From the IMG/VR virus record IMGVR_UViG_3300030524_000001: DNA of 64,000 nucleotides. One strand, 5' to 3'. The position numbers and the translations under genes are program-made. Under the pieces are notes generated by a model. It saw only the letters and a list, made by a program, of their open reading frames with translations, did no database searches and had not been told where the DNA came from. Each line of letters begins with the position of its first letter. Position 1 is the first letter of the stretch. Source of the DNA: a virus. Below, one piece after another: positions 63,538-64,000 of this stretch.

Positions 63538-64000
63538 TCAGATCATCTCGATCCAGCGGGCGTAGATCAGGGCGGAGGTGATGGTCGCCTGGGGCTGGAT
63601 CCGGAACTGGAGGTATTGGGCCGCGCTGGCGTTTCCGACCTGCGGATAGTCCTCCAGCGGCCAGATCTTGGAGTAGGCGCTGAAGACTTCCTGCCGGTCG
63701 ACGGGTCGTAGCGTCGTGTTGCTGGTGATCGCGACCGCGCCGTAGGCCGTCGCACCGGTGCCCAGGGTCAGCCTGGTGGTGGCGCCGTTGAGGACGTTGA
63801 TCGCCGGGAACACCGTGGTGGTGGTGTGCGCCGTCAATCCGGTCGTGGCCGTCGCGGTCGTCGCGACCTCCACGATCGCGGCGGTGGCCTGCACCGTATT
63901 GAAGGAGACACCCCACTCGACGAGTTGGATCAGGCCGCCGGACGGCACGGCGAGCTGCAGAGCCAAGAGGGCGGCGGCGGTGTACTGAGTACCGGCGTTG
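63538..64000 (-). CDS. beta-rich hypothetical virion-region protein (5' end outside window)
   Basis: Frame is open from the window edge (NAGTQYTAAALLALQLAVPSGG...) to TGA 63538. Confidence 0.6.
   Translation of the reverse strand, partial: NAGTQYTAAALLALQLAVPSGGLIQLVEWGVSFNTVQATAAIVEVATTATATTGLTAHTTTTVFPAINVLNGATTRLTLGTGATAYGAVAITSNTTLRPVDRQEVFSAYSKIWPLEDYPQVGNASAAQYLQFRIQPQATITSALIYARWIEMI

Noticed and set aside
1-64000. tRNA, rRNA, CRISPR arrays, IS transposases, DGR or reverse transcriptase
   Set aside because: None recognised by eye; short tRNAs or ncRNAs could be missed without a covariance search.

Overview
The whole 64-kb window is an apparently un-integrated genome segment of a high-GC temperate siphovirus of an actinomycete host, probably Streptomycetaceae (inferred from GC content, WhiB and Streptomyces-type accessory genes). 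No host housekeeping genes are visible and both ends fall inside phage genes. Layout: (1) 1-15.1 kb, leftward early operon (ssb, RusA, WhiB, two vWA proteins, DnaQ-like exonuclease, BRO/DinD-like protein, Gp3/RDF-like protein, PD-(D/E)XK exonuclease, Cro). (2) 15.1-18.0 kb, four-operator switch, repressor, membrane protein, large serine integrase and an intact, symmetric attP-like site. (3) 18-29 kb, accessory region: XRE/HAD cassette, orphan ParA-like ATPase, a second repressor/AlpA/replication-initiator module with palindromic iterons and an in-frame amber stop, and a free-standing release-factor C-terminal mini-gene. (4) 29-64 kb, leftward late operon: fibre-like genes, TerS, TerL, portal, MuF, protease/scaffold, capsid, tail, and a lysis block that also carries a papain-like protease and a PLD-family protein. 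The strongest observations are a terminase intein whose HNH endonuclease is overprinted in another reading frame with its own embedded leaderless promoter, a 2H-phosphoesterase (Acb1-like) domain fused to the MuF minor head protein, and the release-factor mini-gene. All protein family calls come from motif recognition by eye; no searches were run.
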